Position numbers and translations under genes: made by a program. Under the pieces are notes generated by a model. The model was not told the DNA's origin, ran no database searches, and saw only the letters and a list, made by a program, of their open reading frames with translations. From Candidatus Nomurabacteria bacterium (GTDB lineage Bacteria; Patescibacteriota; Patescibacteriia; UBA1558; GWA2-36-10), in assembly GCA_020632415.1 (NCBI GenBank), contig JACKFO010000002.1:776413-840412 (forward strand): a stretch of 64,000 nt of DNA, read 5' to 3'. Positions 48,318 through 58,548 of the stretch are shown here, one piece after another. Each line of letters begins with the position of its first letter. Position 1 is the stretch's first letter.

Positions 48318-48497
48318 ATGGGTAAAAAAATGGAATGTGGTTCAGGCGGAGCTATTTATGGCCTGGGTTTAATTGGCGCAGCAGTTTTTTATATTTCTCA
48401 AGCTGCTAGTTTTGGCGCCGGGATTCTGGGCTTTTTAAAAGCTTTAGTTTGGCCAGCTTTTTTGGTTTATGATTTACTGATGTTTTTGGCAAAATAA
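48318..48497 (+). CDS. Small membrane protein (59 aa, MGKKMECGSGGAIYGLGLIGAAVFYISQAASFGAGILGFLKALVWPAFLVYDLLMFLAK)
   Basis: Gly/Ala-rich two-helix hydrophobic ORF, not in the ORF track because shorter than 60 aa. Confidence 0.3.
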   Translation: MGKKMECGSGGAIYGLGLIGAAVFYISQAASFGAGILGFLKALVWPAFLVYDLLMFLAK

Positions 48498-48523
48498 AAG
48501 CCTTGTTGTTTAGAACAGAGGAT

Positions 48524-48552
48524 TTGACAAAAGATAATTAGCACTCTATAAT
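48524..48552 (+). promoter_or_regulatory. groESL sigma70 promoter TTGACA-17-TATAAT
   Basis: Perfect consensus hexamers with 17-nt spacing; the -10 box lies in the CIRCE spacer. Confidence 0.7.
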
Positions 48553-48564
48553 GTAGAGTGCTAA
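48538..48564 (+). promoter_or_regulatory. CIRCE operator (HrcA binding site) TTAGCACTC-N9-GAGTGCTAA
   Basis: Exact match to the CIRCE consensus inverted repeat, positioned over the promoter upstream of groES. Confidence 0.85.
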
Positions 48565-48651
48565 TTTAATTTCTCTGCTTTGAGCGATTAAGCAGGGAGG
48601 TCAGGAGGGATTTGCCCTCCTGGAAAAAATAATTATTAATTTAAGAAAAAT

Positions 48652-48927
48652 ATGCAATTAAAACCACTAGGAGACAGAGCGGTGATCAAAGCTTTGCCAA
48701 AAGAAGAAACTACCAAGTCAGGAATTATTTTACCGGATAGTTTAAATAAAGATAACAAACAAGAAGGTGAAATTGTAGCTATTGGCAATGGTGAGAAAAT
48801 CGCTAAGTTAAATTTAAAACCAGGTCAAAAAGTTGTTTTTTCTGAATACGGCGGCAGCGAAGTCAAAATTGACGAGCAAGAATATAAAATTTTGAGTCAC
48901 GATGAGCTCTTGGCTGTTGTTGAATAA
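48652..48927 (+). CDS. groES: Co-chaperonin GroES
   Basis: 91 aa, LKPLGDRAVIK start and mobile loop; immediately upstream of groEL. Confidence 0.95.
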   Translation: MQLKPLGDRAVIKALPKEETTKSGIILPDSLNKDNKQEGEIVAIGNGEKIAKLNLKPGQKVVFSEYGGSEVKIDEQEYKILSHDELLAVVE

Positions 48928-48931
48928 TTAA

Positions 48932-50584
<1,653 letters not shown>

Positions 50585-50673
50585 ACTAAAGAAAAAATAT
50601 TTTTTAAGCCTCCAGTTTATGCTGGGGGCTTATTTTGTTTATAGCGGCAAAAAATGCTATAATATAGACATAA

Positions 50674-51426
50674 ATGAGCATGTTTAAAGATTTTGAAAAA
50701 GAAGAAGAATTAGATTTCCAGAGTGGCGAAAACTATCCCTGGGAATACGAAGAAAGTCACGAGATTTGGGTGGCTGACTTAAATGTTGCCGAACAAAAAA
50801 AATCACTTCGACAAGCCCAGGATCACGAAGTGGTAAAGGAGTCTGAACTTGAGCAATTGGATTTAGCTCAGGATGAGTCAGAAGAATTAGAATTAGCAGA
50901 AGAGACTTCTGAGTCTTTCGATGAATCAGAGCTTCAAGATGAAGAAGGACTTGAGGTTACTGATGAAGATTTGGAAATTTCCGAAACAGAAGAAGATTTG
51001 ATTTTAGAGACAAGAGAGAATTTGGAAGTTAAAAATAAAAAAAGCACTGGGCAAAATGATTTTTCTTGGTTATTTTTTGGCTTATTGTTGTTAGCTATTT
51101 TATTTGGTGGAGAAATAGTTTTACTGGCTTTGAAAAATAGTTTTTATTGGACAGATAAAGTTCTTTTTTTACTAGTCTGGCTTTGGCGTTTTGTTTTACT
51201 GATTTCTTGGTTATTTTTTTCTTTGGTCAAGAAAAGTTTTTTTAAAGAAAAGATAGTTGCTGCTACTTTAAGCGCCTTTACTTTGGGAGTTTTCTTCTCA
51301 GCAATTTGGAAAATTGTTGTGATCAAATCAGTTTGGACTTGGCTTAATTTGTTGATTGAGCCAATTTGGATGTTTTTATTAGCGGCCTTAGTAATCATTT
51401 TATTTATTAAAATATTTAAAAAATAA
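50674..51426 (+). CDS. Membrane protein with a highly acidic (E/D-rich) N-terminal domain and four C-terminal TM helices, hypothetical
   Basis: Composition and hydropathy only. Confidence 0.4.
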   Translation: MSMFKDFEKEEELDFQSGENYPWEYEESHEIWVADLNVAEQKKSLRQAQDHEVVKESELEQLDLAQDESEELELAEETSESFDESELQDEEGLEVTDEDLEISETEEDLILETRENLEVKNKKSTGQNDFSWLFFGLLLLAILFGGEIVLLALKNSFYWTDKVLFLLVWLWRFVLLISWLFFSLVKKSFFKEKIVAATLSAFTLGVFFSAIWKIVVIKSVWTWLNLLIEPIWMFLLAALVIILFIKIFKK

Positions 51427-51436
51427 TTAAAAAAAT

Positions 51437-51754
51437 ATGGAAGAAAGAGTAAGAAATGAAAAAGACATTGAAAACAACAAAGTTATCGCAGCTTTGTCTT
51501 ATGTTTGGATTTTATGTCTAGTTCCTTTATTTTTAAAGCGCAAATCTGACTTTGCCCAATTTCATGCCAAGCAAGGTTTACTTTTGTTTGTCTTGGAGAT
51601 TGTGGGTTGGTTAGTTTTTTGGATTCCAATCATCGGTTGGGCTTTATTCATTATGGTGATTTTATTTTCTCTATTGGGAATCAGAAATGCTTTGGATGGT
51701 AAATATTGGGTCATGCCTTTTTTGGGAAAATACGTCAATAAGTTGAATTTATAA
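51437..51754 (+). CDS. Small membrane protein, DUF4870/Tic20-like family
   Basis: LSYVWILCLVPLFLKRKSDFAQFHAKQGLLLFVLEIV matches the conserved core of this family. Confidence 0.45.
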   Translation: MEERVRNEKDIENNKVIAALSYVWILCLVPLFLKRKSDFAQFHAKQGLLLFVLEIVGWLVFWIPIIGWALFIMVILFSLLGIRNALDGKYWVMPFLGKYVNKLNL

Positions 51755-51760
51755 AATATT

Positions 51761-53203
51761 GTGCTTAAAAAAACAAAGATTGTCGCTACTATCGGACCAA
51801 GTTCTGAGAGTGGTAAAATTTTACTTCAATTAATTAAGTCAGGGATGAATGTCGCCCGGCTTAATTTTTCTCATGGTGATCATCGATCACACGCTCTTTT
51901 GATTAAAAATATTCGTAGTGCCGCTTCAAAAGCTAAACAGGAAATAGCAATCATTCAGGATTTGCAGGGCCCAAGGATTAGAGTTGCTAAAATTACTGAC
52001 CAAGGTTTGGATTTGCAAAATAGAGAAAAGATTATTTTGGTTTCCTCAAATGTTTTACAAGCAGTTAATTTGCTTAGTTTACCACATCGAGTGATTCCGG
52101 TTGATTATGATCATTTTGCTGAGAGCCTTGGTTTACGGAGCAGTATTTTGATTTCCGACGGTTTGATTCAATTGGCAGTTGAAAAAATTGAAGATCATTT
52201 GGTTTACGCTAAAGTAATCAAAGGAGGTTTAGTTTTGTCTCACAAAGGTATTAATGTTCCTGGTCTAAAATTGAAAACCGCAGTAATCACTGAGAAAGAC
52301 AAAAAAGATTTAGCCTTTGGTTTAAAACAGGGAGTAGATTTTGTTGCTTTGTCTTTTGTTGGCTCTGCTCAAGATATTTTAGACTTAAAGAAACTTATCA
52401 ATAAATTAAAGCCAAAACAAAAACCGCAAGTGATCGCAAAAATTGAAAGAATGGAGGCTTTTAAAAATAAAAAAGAAATCATCAAGGCTGCTGATGCAAT
52501 CATGGTCGCGCGTGGAGATTTGGGAATCGAGGTGCCACAAGCAAAAGTTCCACTGATGCAAAAAGAATTAATTTTTGATTGTTTGGCTGAAAGTAAACCA
52601 GTGATTGTGGCGACACAAATGCTTGATTCGATGATTCAAAATCCTAAGCCAACTCGAGCTGAAGTTTCAGATGTTGCTAATGCAGTGATTGATGGCACAG
52701 ATGCAGTAATGCTTTCTGGAGAAACAGCTTTTGGCAAATATCCAGTAGAGACAGTCAAGGTGATGCAGGATATTATCGTTGCTACTGAAAAATCACCTTA
52801 TCAAAAAAATATTTCTAGTCATGCCGACAAACAAGACAGTGATATTCAAGCTGTTGCTGATTCGGTTTTTCATTTAGCTAGAAATGCCCATGCCAAATTA
52901 ATCGTAGCTTTTACTAGATCAGGATTTACGGCCAAAGTGATTGCTCGTTATCGATCAGAAAAAGCGATCGTCGCTATGGTCGTAGAAGAAAACATTGCTC
53001 GTCAACTTAATTTAGTCTGGGGAGTAGAAAGTTGTTTGATTAAAGATTGCTCCAATCTAACAGAGCTTATAGAAGTTTCAGAAAAAATTCTTTTGAAAAA
53101 TAAAAAAGTAAAAATTGGTGATAAAATTGTTTTTGTTTCTGGCCAGCTTTTAGGCCAAACGCACAATATAAATGTGATCCAATTACATACTATAAATAAA
53201 TAG
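51761..53203 (+). CDS. pyk: Pyruvate kinase (GTG start)
   Basis: KIVATIGP, NFSHG, MVARGDLG and related pyruvate kinase motifs. Confidence 0.92.
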   Translation: MLKKTKIVATIGPSSESGKILLQLIKSGMNVARLNFSHGDHRSHALLIKNIRSAASKAKQEIAIIQDLQGPRIRVAKITDQGLDLQNREKIILVSSNVLQAVNLLSLPHRVIPVDYDHFAESLGLRSSILISDGLIQLAVEKIEDHLVYAKVIKGGLVLSHKGINVPGLKLKTAVITEKDKKDLAFGLKQGVDFVALSFVGSAQDILDLKKLINKLKPKQKPQVIAKIERMEAFKNKKEIIKAADAIMVARGDLGIEVPQAKVPLMQKELIFDCLAESKPVIVATQMLDSMIQNPKPTRAEVSDVANAVIDGTDAVMLSGETAFGKYPVETVKVMQDIIVATEKSPYQKNISSHADKQDSDIQAVADSVFHLARNAHAKLIVAFTRSGFTAKVIARYRSEKAIVAMVVEENIARQLNLVWGVESCLIKDCSNLTELIEVSEKILLKNKKVKIGDKIVFVSGQLLGQTHNINVIQLHTINK

Positions 53204-53256
53204 CTTTAACATGACTTTTTTGTTATAATAAATAAAAATATTGATCTAAAATACTT

Positions 53257-55662
53257 ATGCAGAAAAATAAATTCATCTTGTGGTTTAAAGAAACAGGAAT
53301 TAAAGATATTCCAAAAGTAGGAGGCAAGAATGCTTCTTTGGGAGAAATGTACAGCAAATTAACTAAGCAAGGAGTTTCAGTGCCAAATGGTTTTGCAGTC
53401 ACCGCTTTTGCTTATGATTATTTTTTGGCTGCCGCCGGAGTCAAAGATGAAATCAAAGACATTTTAAAAGATCTGGATACTTCGAGTATTAAAAATTTAT
53501 CTGAGCGTGGTCATAAGGTTAGACAAATAATTTTGAATGCTAAATTTCCTCAAGACTTACAAAGCACAATTATTGAGGCTTATCACAAACTATCCAAAGA
53601 ATCAAAACAGGTAAACACTGACGTGGCTATTCGTTCTTCGGCAACTGCTGAAGATTTACCAGATGCTTCTTTTGCTGGTCAACAAGAATCGTATTTAAAT
53701 ATCAAAGGCGATAAAGAGGTTTTGGAAGCTTGTAAAAAATGTGTGGCTTCTTTATTTACTGATCGGGCAATTTCTTATCGAGTGGATAAAAAATTCGACC
53801 ACTTTAGCATTAAACTTTCGATTACTGTGCAAAAAATGGTCAGATCTGACAAAGCTGCTTCAGGGGTGATGTTTTCTATTGATACTGAATCTGGTTTCAA
53901 AGACGCGGTTTTGATCAATGCTGCTTATGGTTTAGGAGACTATATTGTTCAAGGCGTAGTTACTCCAGATGAATACTATGTTTTTAAACCAAATCTAAAA
54001 CCAGGTTTAAATCCAGTGATTAGCAAAGCTTTAGGTTTGAAAAGAAAGAAATTAATTTATAATACTTCAGGTAAGGGCGGATCGCCAATCAAGGGCATTC
54101 CAACTACCGAAGAAGAACGTGGTCAATATGTTTTGACGGACAAAGAAATTTTGCAGTTAGCTCGTTGGGCAGTGCAGATTGAAAAGCATTACAAAAAACC
54201 GATGGACATGGAGTGGGCCAAAGATGGTTTTACTGGCAAATTGTTTATTGTTCAAGCTCGTCCAGAAACTGTTCGCTCGCAAGCTGATGTCAATGTTTTA
54301 GAAGAATATGTTTTAAAAGGTAAAGGAAAATTAATTGCTCAAGGCGCTTCTGTTGGTTCAAAAATTGGCAAAGGTAAAGTTCATGTTATTGAAAACGTTG
54401 CTAATATCAGTCAGTTTCAAGCCGGCGAAGTATTAGTGACTGAAATGACTGATCCTGATTGGGAACCAATCATGAAAAAAGCAGCAGCGATCGTCACCAA
54501 TTCTGGTGGTCGAACTTGTCACGCAGCAATTATTTCTCGTGAACTTGGCATTCCTTGCGTGGTTGGCACCAAGGACGGAACTAAGACAATTAAAAATGGT
54601 GTCAATGCGACAGTTTCTTGTGCCGAAGGAGAGAAGGGTCATATTTATGAAGGGCTTTTGGATTTTATTATTCAAAAGACCGATTTGAAAAAAGTTCCTC
54701 AGCCAAAAACTAAGATCATGATGAATATTGGCAACCCAGAAATGGCTATGGCGCAAAGTTTTATTCCAAACGAAGGAGTTGGACTTGCTCGTGAAGAATT
54801 TGTTATTTCTAATTACATTAGGATTCATCCGCTTGCTTTGATTAATTTTGCAAAATTAAAAGATCAAAAAGTTAAAAAAGAAATCGCTTCTTTAACTACA
54901 GCGTATAAGAGTAAGCCACAATTTTTCGTGGATAAATTAGCTGAAGGTATTGCTCGAATCGCAGCTTCATTTTATCCAAAAGATGTGATTGTTAGACTTT
55001 CTGACTTTAAATCTAACGAGTATGCAAATTTGATCGGCGGAAAAGAATTTGAACCAACGGAATCAAATCCAATGATCGGTTGGCGTGGAGCAAGTAGATA
55101 CTATGATCCAAATTATTTGCCAGCTTTTAAACTGGAGTGCAAAGCCTTGATTAAAGTTCGAAAAGAAATGGGCTTAAATAATGTCAAAATTATGATTCCT
55201 TTTTGCCGTACCGTTGAAGAAGGAAAGAAGGTTTTGGCGATTATGGCTGAGCACGGCTTGCAACGCGGCAAGGATGGTCTGCAAGTTTATGTGATGTGCG
55301 AAATTCCTTCCAATGTAATTCTAGCTGATGAGTTTTCCAAAATTTTCGATGGCTTTTCTATTGGGTCTAATGATTTGACCCAGCTTACTTTGGGAGTTGA
55401 CCGTGATAGTGAATTGGTTTCCCATGTTTATGATGAAAAAAATCTAGCTGTCAAAACTTTGATTTCTCAAGTGATTGCCAAAGCTAAGAAAAACAAAAGA
55501 AAAATTGGTATTTGTGGACAAGCTCCTTCTGATTTTCCAGAGTTTGCTCAATTTCTAGTGGAACAGGGCATTGATTCGATTTCTTTAAACCCAGATACAG
55601 TGATTAAAACTATGATTGCGATTAATGAAACAGAAAAAAAGTTAAAACGCAAAAAGAGATAA
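53257..55662 (+). CDS. ppsA: Phosphoenolpyruvate synthase (pyruvate, water dikinase)
   Basis: N-terminal ATP-grasp, central phosphohistidine domain GGRTCHAAIISRELGIPCVVG, C-terminal PEP-utilising TIM barrel. Confidence 0.92.
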   Translation: MQKNKFILWFKETGIKDIPKVGGKNASLGEMYSKLTKQGVSVPNGFAVTAFAYDYFLAAAGVKDEIKDILKDLDTSSIKNLSERGHKVRQIILNAKFPQDLQSTIIEAYHKLSKESKQVNTDVAIRSSATAEDLPDASFAGQQESYLNIKGDKEVLEACKKCVASLFTDRAISYRVDKKFDHFSIKLSITVQKMVRSDKAASGVMFSIDTESGFKDAVLINAAYGLGDYIVQGVVTPDEYYVFKPNLKPGLNPVISKALGLKRKKLIYNTSGKGGSPIKGIPTTEEERGQYVLTDKEILQLARWAVQIEKHYKKPMDMEWAKDGFTGKLFIVQARPETVRSQADVNVLEEYVLKGKGKLIAQGASVGSKIGKGKVHVIENVANISQFQAGEVLVTEMTDPDWEPIMKKAAAIVTNSGGRTCHAAIISRELGIPCVVGTKDGTKTIKNGVNATVSCAEGEKGHIYEGLLDFIIQKTDLKKVPQPKTKIMMNIGNPEMAMAQSFIPNEGVGLAREEFVISNYIRIHPLALINFAKLKDQKVKKEIASLTTAYKSKPQFFVDKLAEGIARIAASFYPKDVIVRLSDFKSNEYANLIGGKEFEPTESNPMIGWRGASRYYDPNYLPAFKLECKALIKVRKEMGLNNVKIMIPFCRTVEEGKKVLAIMAEHGLQRGKDGLQVYVMCEIPSNVILADEFSKIFDGFSIGSNDLTQLTLGVDRDSELVSHVYDEKNLAVKTLISQVIAKAKKNKRKIGICGQAPSDFPEFAQFLVEQGIDSISLNPDTVIKTMIAINETEKKLKRKKR

Positions 55663-55684
55663 ATTAACTAAAGATTATTAATAA

Positions 55685-55710
55685 AAAGCCCAGTAAAGTT
55701 GGGCTTTTTA
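55685..55710 (+). terminator. Intrinsic terminator after ppsA (aagccca-gtaaag-tgggctt plus T-run)
   Basis: 7-bp stem and T5 run about 25 nt after the stop. Confidence 0.5.
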
Positions 55711-55830
55711 TGTTAAGTATTGACTATATTTAAATATAATGATTTAATAATATTTGTCTTCAAAAAGACCCAGCTTAATCGAGCTGTGGTCAGCACATTA
55801 CATTTCATTTATTGCGAAGGGAGAGCCTAC

Positions 55831-56103
55831 ATGACTCAGAAACCGCTCGAAGAGACACTGAAAGAAATCAGGAGAATCGTTTCCGGTGAAGTGGAAGCCA
55901 TTGGCAACAAGACGGTTGTTGTCAGGGTCCGCCTTACGGGAGGCTGGAGTCAGCGGCAGGGAGTTTCCGCCAAGATGAGGAGTGCTCGTCTCTACGGGGT
56001 GACTCTGGAGCAGGGGAATCTGGTCATCGCCGGTACCAAGAGCAATATCCTCGAGCGGGTTCGTTCCTGCAAGGAACAGATACTTCTCGAGCGGGCTTCT
56101 TGA
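55831..56103 (+). CDS. Hypothetical 90-aa protein encoded in GC-rich islet E (MTQKPLEETLKEIRRIVSGEVEAIGNKTVVVRVRLTGGW...)
   Basis: GGGAGAG SD-like sequence upstream of the ATG; GC-rich codon usage unlike host genes; followed by a strong terminator; no recognisable domain. Confidence 0.45.
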   Translation: MTQKPLEETLKEIRRIVSGEVEAIGNKTVVVRVRLTGGWSQRQGVSAKMRSARLYGVTLEQGNLVIAGTKSNILERVRSCKEQILLERAS

Positions 56104-56125
56104 ATCGAATGCCTTTGAACATTAC

Positions 56126-56166
56126 GACCCCCGTTGCGCTTGCGTGGCGGGGGCTTCTTTTTTATC
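56126..56166 (+). terminator. GC-rich intrinsic terminator closing islet E (cccccg...cggggg plus CTTCTTTTTTT)
   Basis: 6-bp G/C stem with a 14-nt loop, followed by a T tract. Confidence 0.5.
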
Positions 56167-56215
56167 ATTGACTTTTTAGCTATAAAAAATTATACTAGAC
56201 CAGTAAAATTATTTT

Positions 56216-56305
56216 GGAGAGTTCGCATAGTGGTCTAGTGCGCACGCTTGGAAAGCGTGTGAGGTGTAAAAGCCTCCAAGGGTTCGAATCCCTTACTCTC
56301 CGCCA
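56216..56305 (+). tRNA. tRNA-Ser (anticodon GGA), class II tRNA with long variable arm, CCA encoded
   Basis: Acceptor stem GGAGAGT/ACTCTCC; anticodon stem CACGC/GCGTG with loop TTGGAAA; extended variable arm; T-arm GGTTCGAATCC; 3' GCCA. Confidence 0.85.
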
Positions 56306-56357
56306 TCCGCCTTCGCCAAGGCTTCGGCGAGATGTCGGTAAGTATAGAAAAGCGATT

Positions 56358-56618
56358 ATGTATTACGTTTATATTTTAAAAGAAAAGTCCAAACATCATT
56401 TTTATATTGGGTTTACTAATAATTTAGTAAGACGTATAAAAGAGCATGAAAATGATGAAAGTTTATCAACTAGAGGAAGAGAGTGGAAAATATATTGCTA
56501 TTTCTGTTTTCAAAACAGAAAAACAGCTTCAGATTTTGAGAGTTATTTAAAGACGGGATCTGGTAGAGCATTTGCTAAAAAGCATTTTGAATTTAAAATC
56601 GACGAAGCTTTAGCGTAG
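56358..56618 (+). CDS. Small GIY-YIG nuclease family protein (about 86 aa)
   Basis: MYYVYILKEKSKHHFYIGFTNNLVRRIKEH matches the GIY-YIG motif (YVYIL...YIG..N...R...H); lies between the tRNA-Ser 3' end and a 17-nt direct repeat of that end. Confidence 0.7.
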   Translation: MYYVYILKEKSKHHFYIGFTNNLVRRIKEHENDESLSTRGREWKIYCYFCFQNRKTASDFESYLKTGSGRAFAKKHFEFKIDEALA

Positions 56619-56623
56619 TCGTT

Positions 56624-56640
56624 CCCTTACTCTCCGCCAC
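56624..56640 (+). repeat. 17-nt direct repeat of the tRNA-Ser 3' end (tcccttactctccgcca; first copy 56289-56305): putative att site of a 318-bp integrated mini-element
   Basis: Exact 17/17 identity read directly in the sequence. Confidence 0.7.
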
Positions 56641-56687
56641 AAATCACCATAAGAGTCAACTGCCTTTAAAGGTGGTTTTTTGTTATA

Positions 56688-58322
56688 ATGAAAGTTATGA
56701 AACAAAAACAAGCTCTAGATATTTTAAAGATGGGACATAATGTCTTTTTGACCGGTGCCGCTGGATCTGGTAAAACTCATGTTTTAAGTCAATATATCAA
56801 ATTGTTAAAACAAGCTGGCATTGGTGTAGCTGTCACAGCTTCCACTGGCATTGCTGCTACACATCTTAATGGTCTGACTATTCACTCTTGGTCAGGAATA
56901 GGAATACGAGATGCTTTGTCAAAAGCAGAGATTAAATCTTTACTTGAAAAAGCTTATTTAAAAAAACATTTTGCCAAAACTGATGTTTTGATTATTGACG
57001 AGGTATCAATGTTGCCGCCGAATTTACTTGATTTAGTCAATAAAGTCTGCAAGGCATTTAAAGAAAATGAAAAACCGTTTGGTGGAATGCAAGTTATTCT
57101 TTCCGGAGATTTATTTCAATTGCCACCTATCAATAGAGATAAAGCTACTACAAAATATTTTACAGATTCAAAAGCTTGGGAGGAGATGGAGGCTTATGTT
57201 TGTCATCTTTCAGAACAGTATCGGCATGATGACGATCAATTAAGTGATGTCTTAAATGCTATTCGTTCAAATACAGTTTCTGATAAAACATTAAAATCCT
57301 TACATCAAAGATTTGAAGCGCCGATAGATGAAAATATTGTCGCTACAAAATTATACACACATAATGTTGATGTGGATCGTATTAATAATCAAGAATTATT
57401 AAAAATTAAAAATCCAATAGAAATTTACAAGATGTCATCGCGTGGCAAAAAACCACTTGTAGAAACATTGGTAAAAAATTGTCTTGCTCCCGAAACGCTT
57501 AGTTTAAAAAAAGGTGCTACTGTCATGTTCGTCAAAAACAATTTTGAACTAGGTTATGTCAATGGAACATTAGGGAGTGTCATTGGCTTTGATGATCAAG
57601 AAAATTATCCCATAGTAGAGACTTACAGTGGTAAAATCATCAAAGCTTCTCCAGAACGTTGGATCATCGAAGAAGATGATAAGACTTTAGCCGAAATTGA
57701 CCAGATCCCATTGAGGCTTGCTTGGGCGATCACTGTCCATAAGAGTCAGGGGATGACTTTAGACGCTGCTGAAATTGATCTTTCTAAGTCATTTGTTTCA
57801 GGTATGGGTTACGTGGCGCTTTCTCGTGTACGCTCACTCTCTGGTTTACGGCTTCTTGGTTTAAATGAACTTGCTTTGATTAGCGATGAGCAGGTTATTG
57901 AAATTGATAGATTATTAAGAATCAAATCCCAAGAAGCGGTTAATTTTGTTGAAACTCTTAATGATGCTGATAAAAAAAAGCGTCAACAATTATTTATTAA
58001 GACTTCGGCCAAAGAACAGGTAGCTGAAGAAAGAATATCAAGTATTGATAAAACAAGGTTGTTGCTTGAACAAAAAAAATCAACCCAAGAGATGGCAGAG
58101 GAAAGAAATATTAGTACTGGGACTATCATTGGTCACATTGAGCAGCTGAAAGCGCGAGGTGATCAACTGGATATTGATTATTTAAAACCAAAAAAAGATC
58201 GTTTTATGATCATCGCCAAAGCTTTTCAGGATTCTGGAGATACGATGCTTTCGCCAGTAAAAGAAATGCTCGGACCTGGTTATTCATATGATGAGCTAAA
58301 ATTAACGCGCTTATTTTTATGA
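56688..58322 (+). CDS. Pif1/RecD-like SF1B DNA helicase with a C-terminal helix-turn-helix region
   Basis: Walker A GAAGSGKTHV, Walker B DEVSML, helicase motifs (QLPPI, TVHKSQGMT), C-terminal KSTQEMAEERNISTGTIIGHIEQL HTH-like segment. Confidence 0.8.
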   Translation: MKVMKQKQALDILKMGHNVFLTGAAGSGKTHVLSQYIKLLKQAGIGVAVTASTGIAATHLNGLTIHSWSGIGIRDALSKAEIKSLLEKAYLKKHFAKTDVLIIDEVSMLPPNLLDLVNKVCKAFKENEKPFGGMQVILSGDLFQLPPINRDKATTKYFTDSKAWEEMEAYVCHLSEQYRHDDDQLSDVLNAIRSNTVSDKTLKSLHQRFEAPIDENIVATKLYTHNVDVDRINNQELLKIKNPIEIYKMSSRGKKPLVETLVKNCLAPETLSLKKGATVMFVKNNFELGYVNGTLGSVIGFDDQENYPIVETYSGKIIKASPERWIIEEDDKTLAEIDQIPLRLAWAITVHKSQGMTLDAAEIDLSKSFVSGMGYVALSRVRSLSGLRLLGLNELALISDEQVIEIDRLLRIKSQEAVNFVETLNDADKKKRQQLFIKTSAKEQVAEERISSIDKTRLLLEQKKSTQEMAEERNISTGTIIGHIEQLKARGDQLDIDYLKPKKDRFMIIAKAFQDSGDTMLSPVKEMLGPGYSYDELKLTRLFL

Positions 58323-58334
58323 TATAATTTAGAT

Positions 58335-58520
58335 ATGAAAAATAAACAAGAAAATAAAAATGGTATAGCCCTTGGGCTTGTGTTTGGCATAACTTTTGGA
58401 ATTATTTTTGGACCAATGCTTTTTGGTGACAATGGCTCTAGTACGGGAATTGGCCTTGGGATCGCTTTGGGAATTTCCATTGGTTCCGCGTATGATTATA
58501 AGTATCATAAAGTTAAATAA
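58335..58520 (+). CDS. Small glycine-zipper membrane protein (61 aa)
   Basis: GxxxG-rich hydrophobic ORF. Confidence 0.35.
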   Translation: MKNKQENKNGIALGLVFGITFGIIFGPMLFGDNGSSTGIGLGIALGISIGSAYDYKYHKVK

Positions 58521-58548
58521 AATTAGCGTTTTTAAGCTAGCTTAATTT

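Noticed and set aside
56214-56357. N-terminal 48 codons of the ORF-track ORF 56214-56618
   Set aside because: This stretch is the tRNA-Ser gene (56216-56305) plus spacer. It begins with TTG; the real CDS is the GIY-YIG ORF starting at the ATG at 56358.
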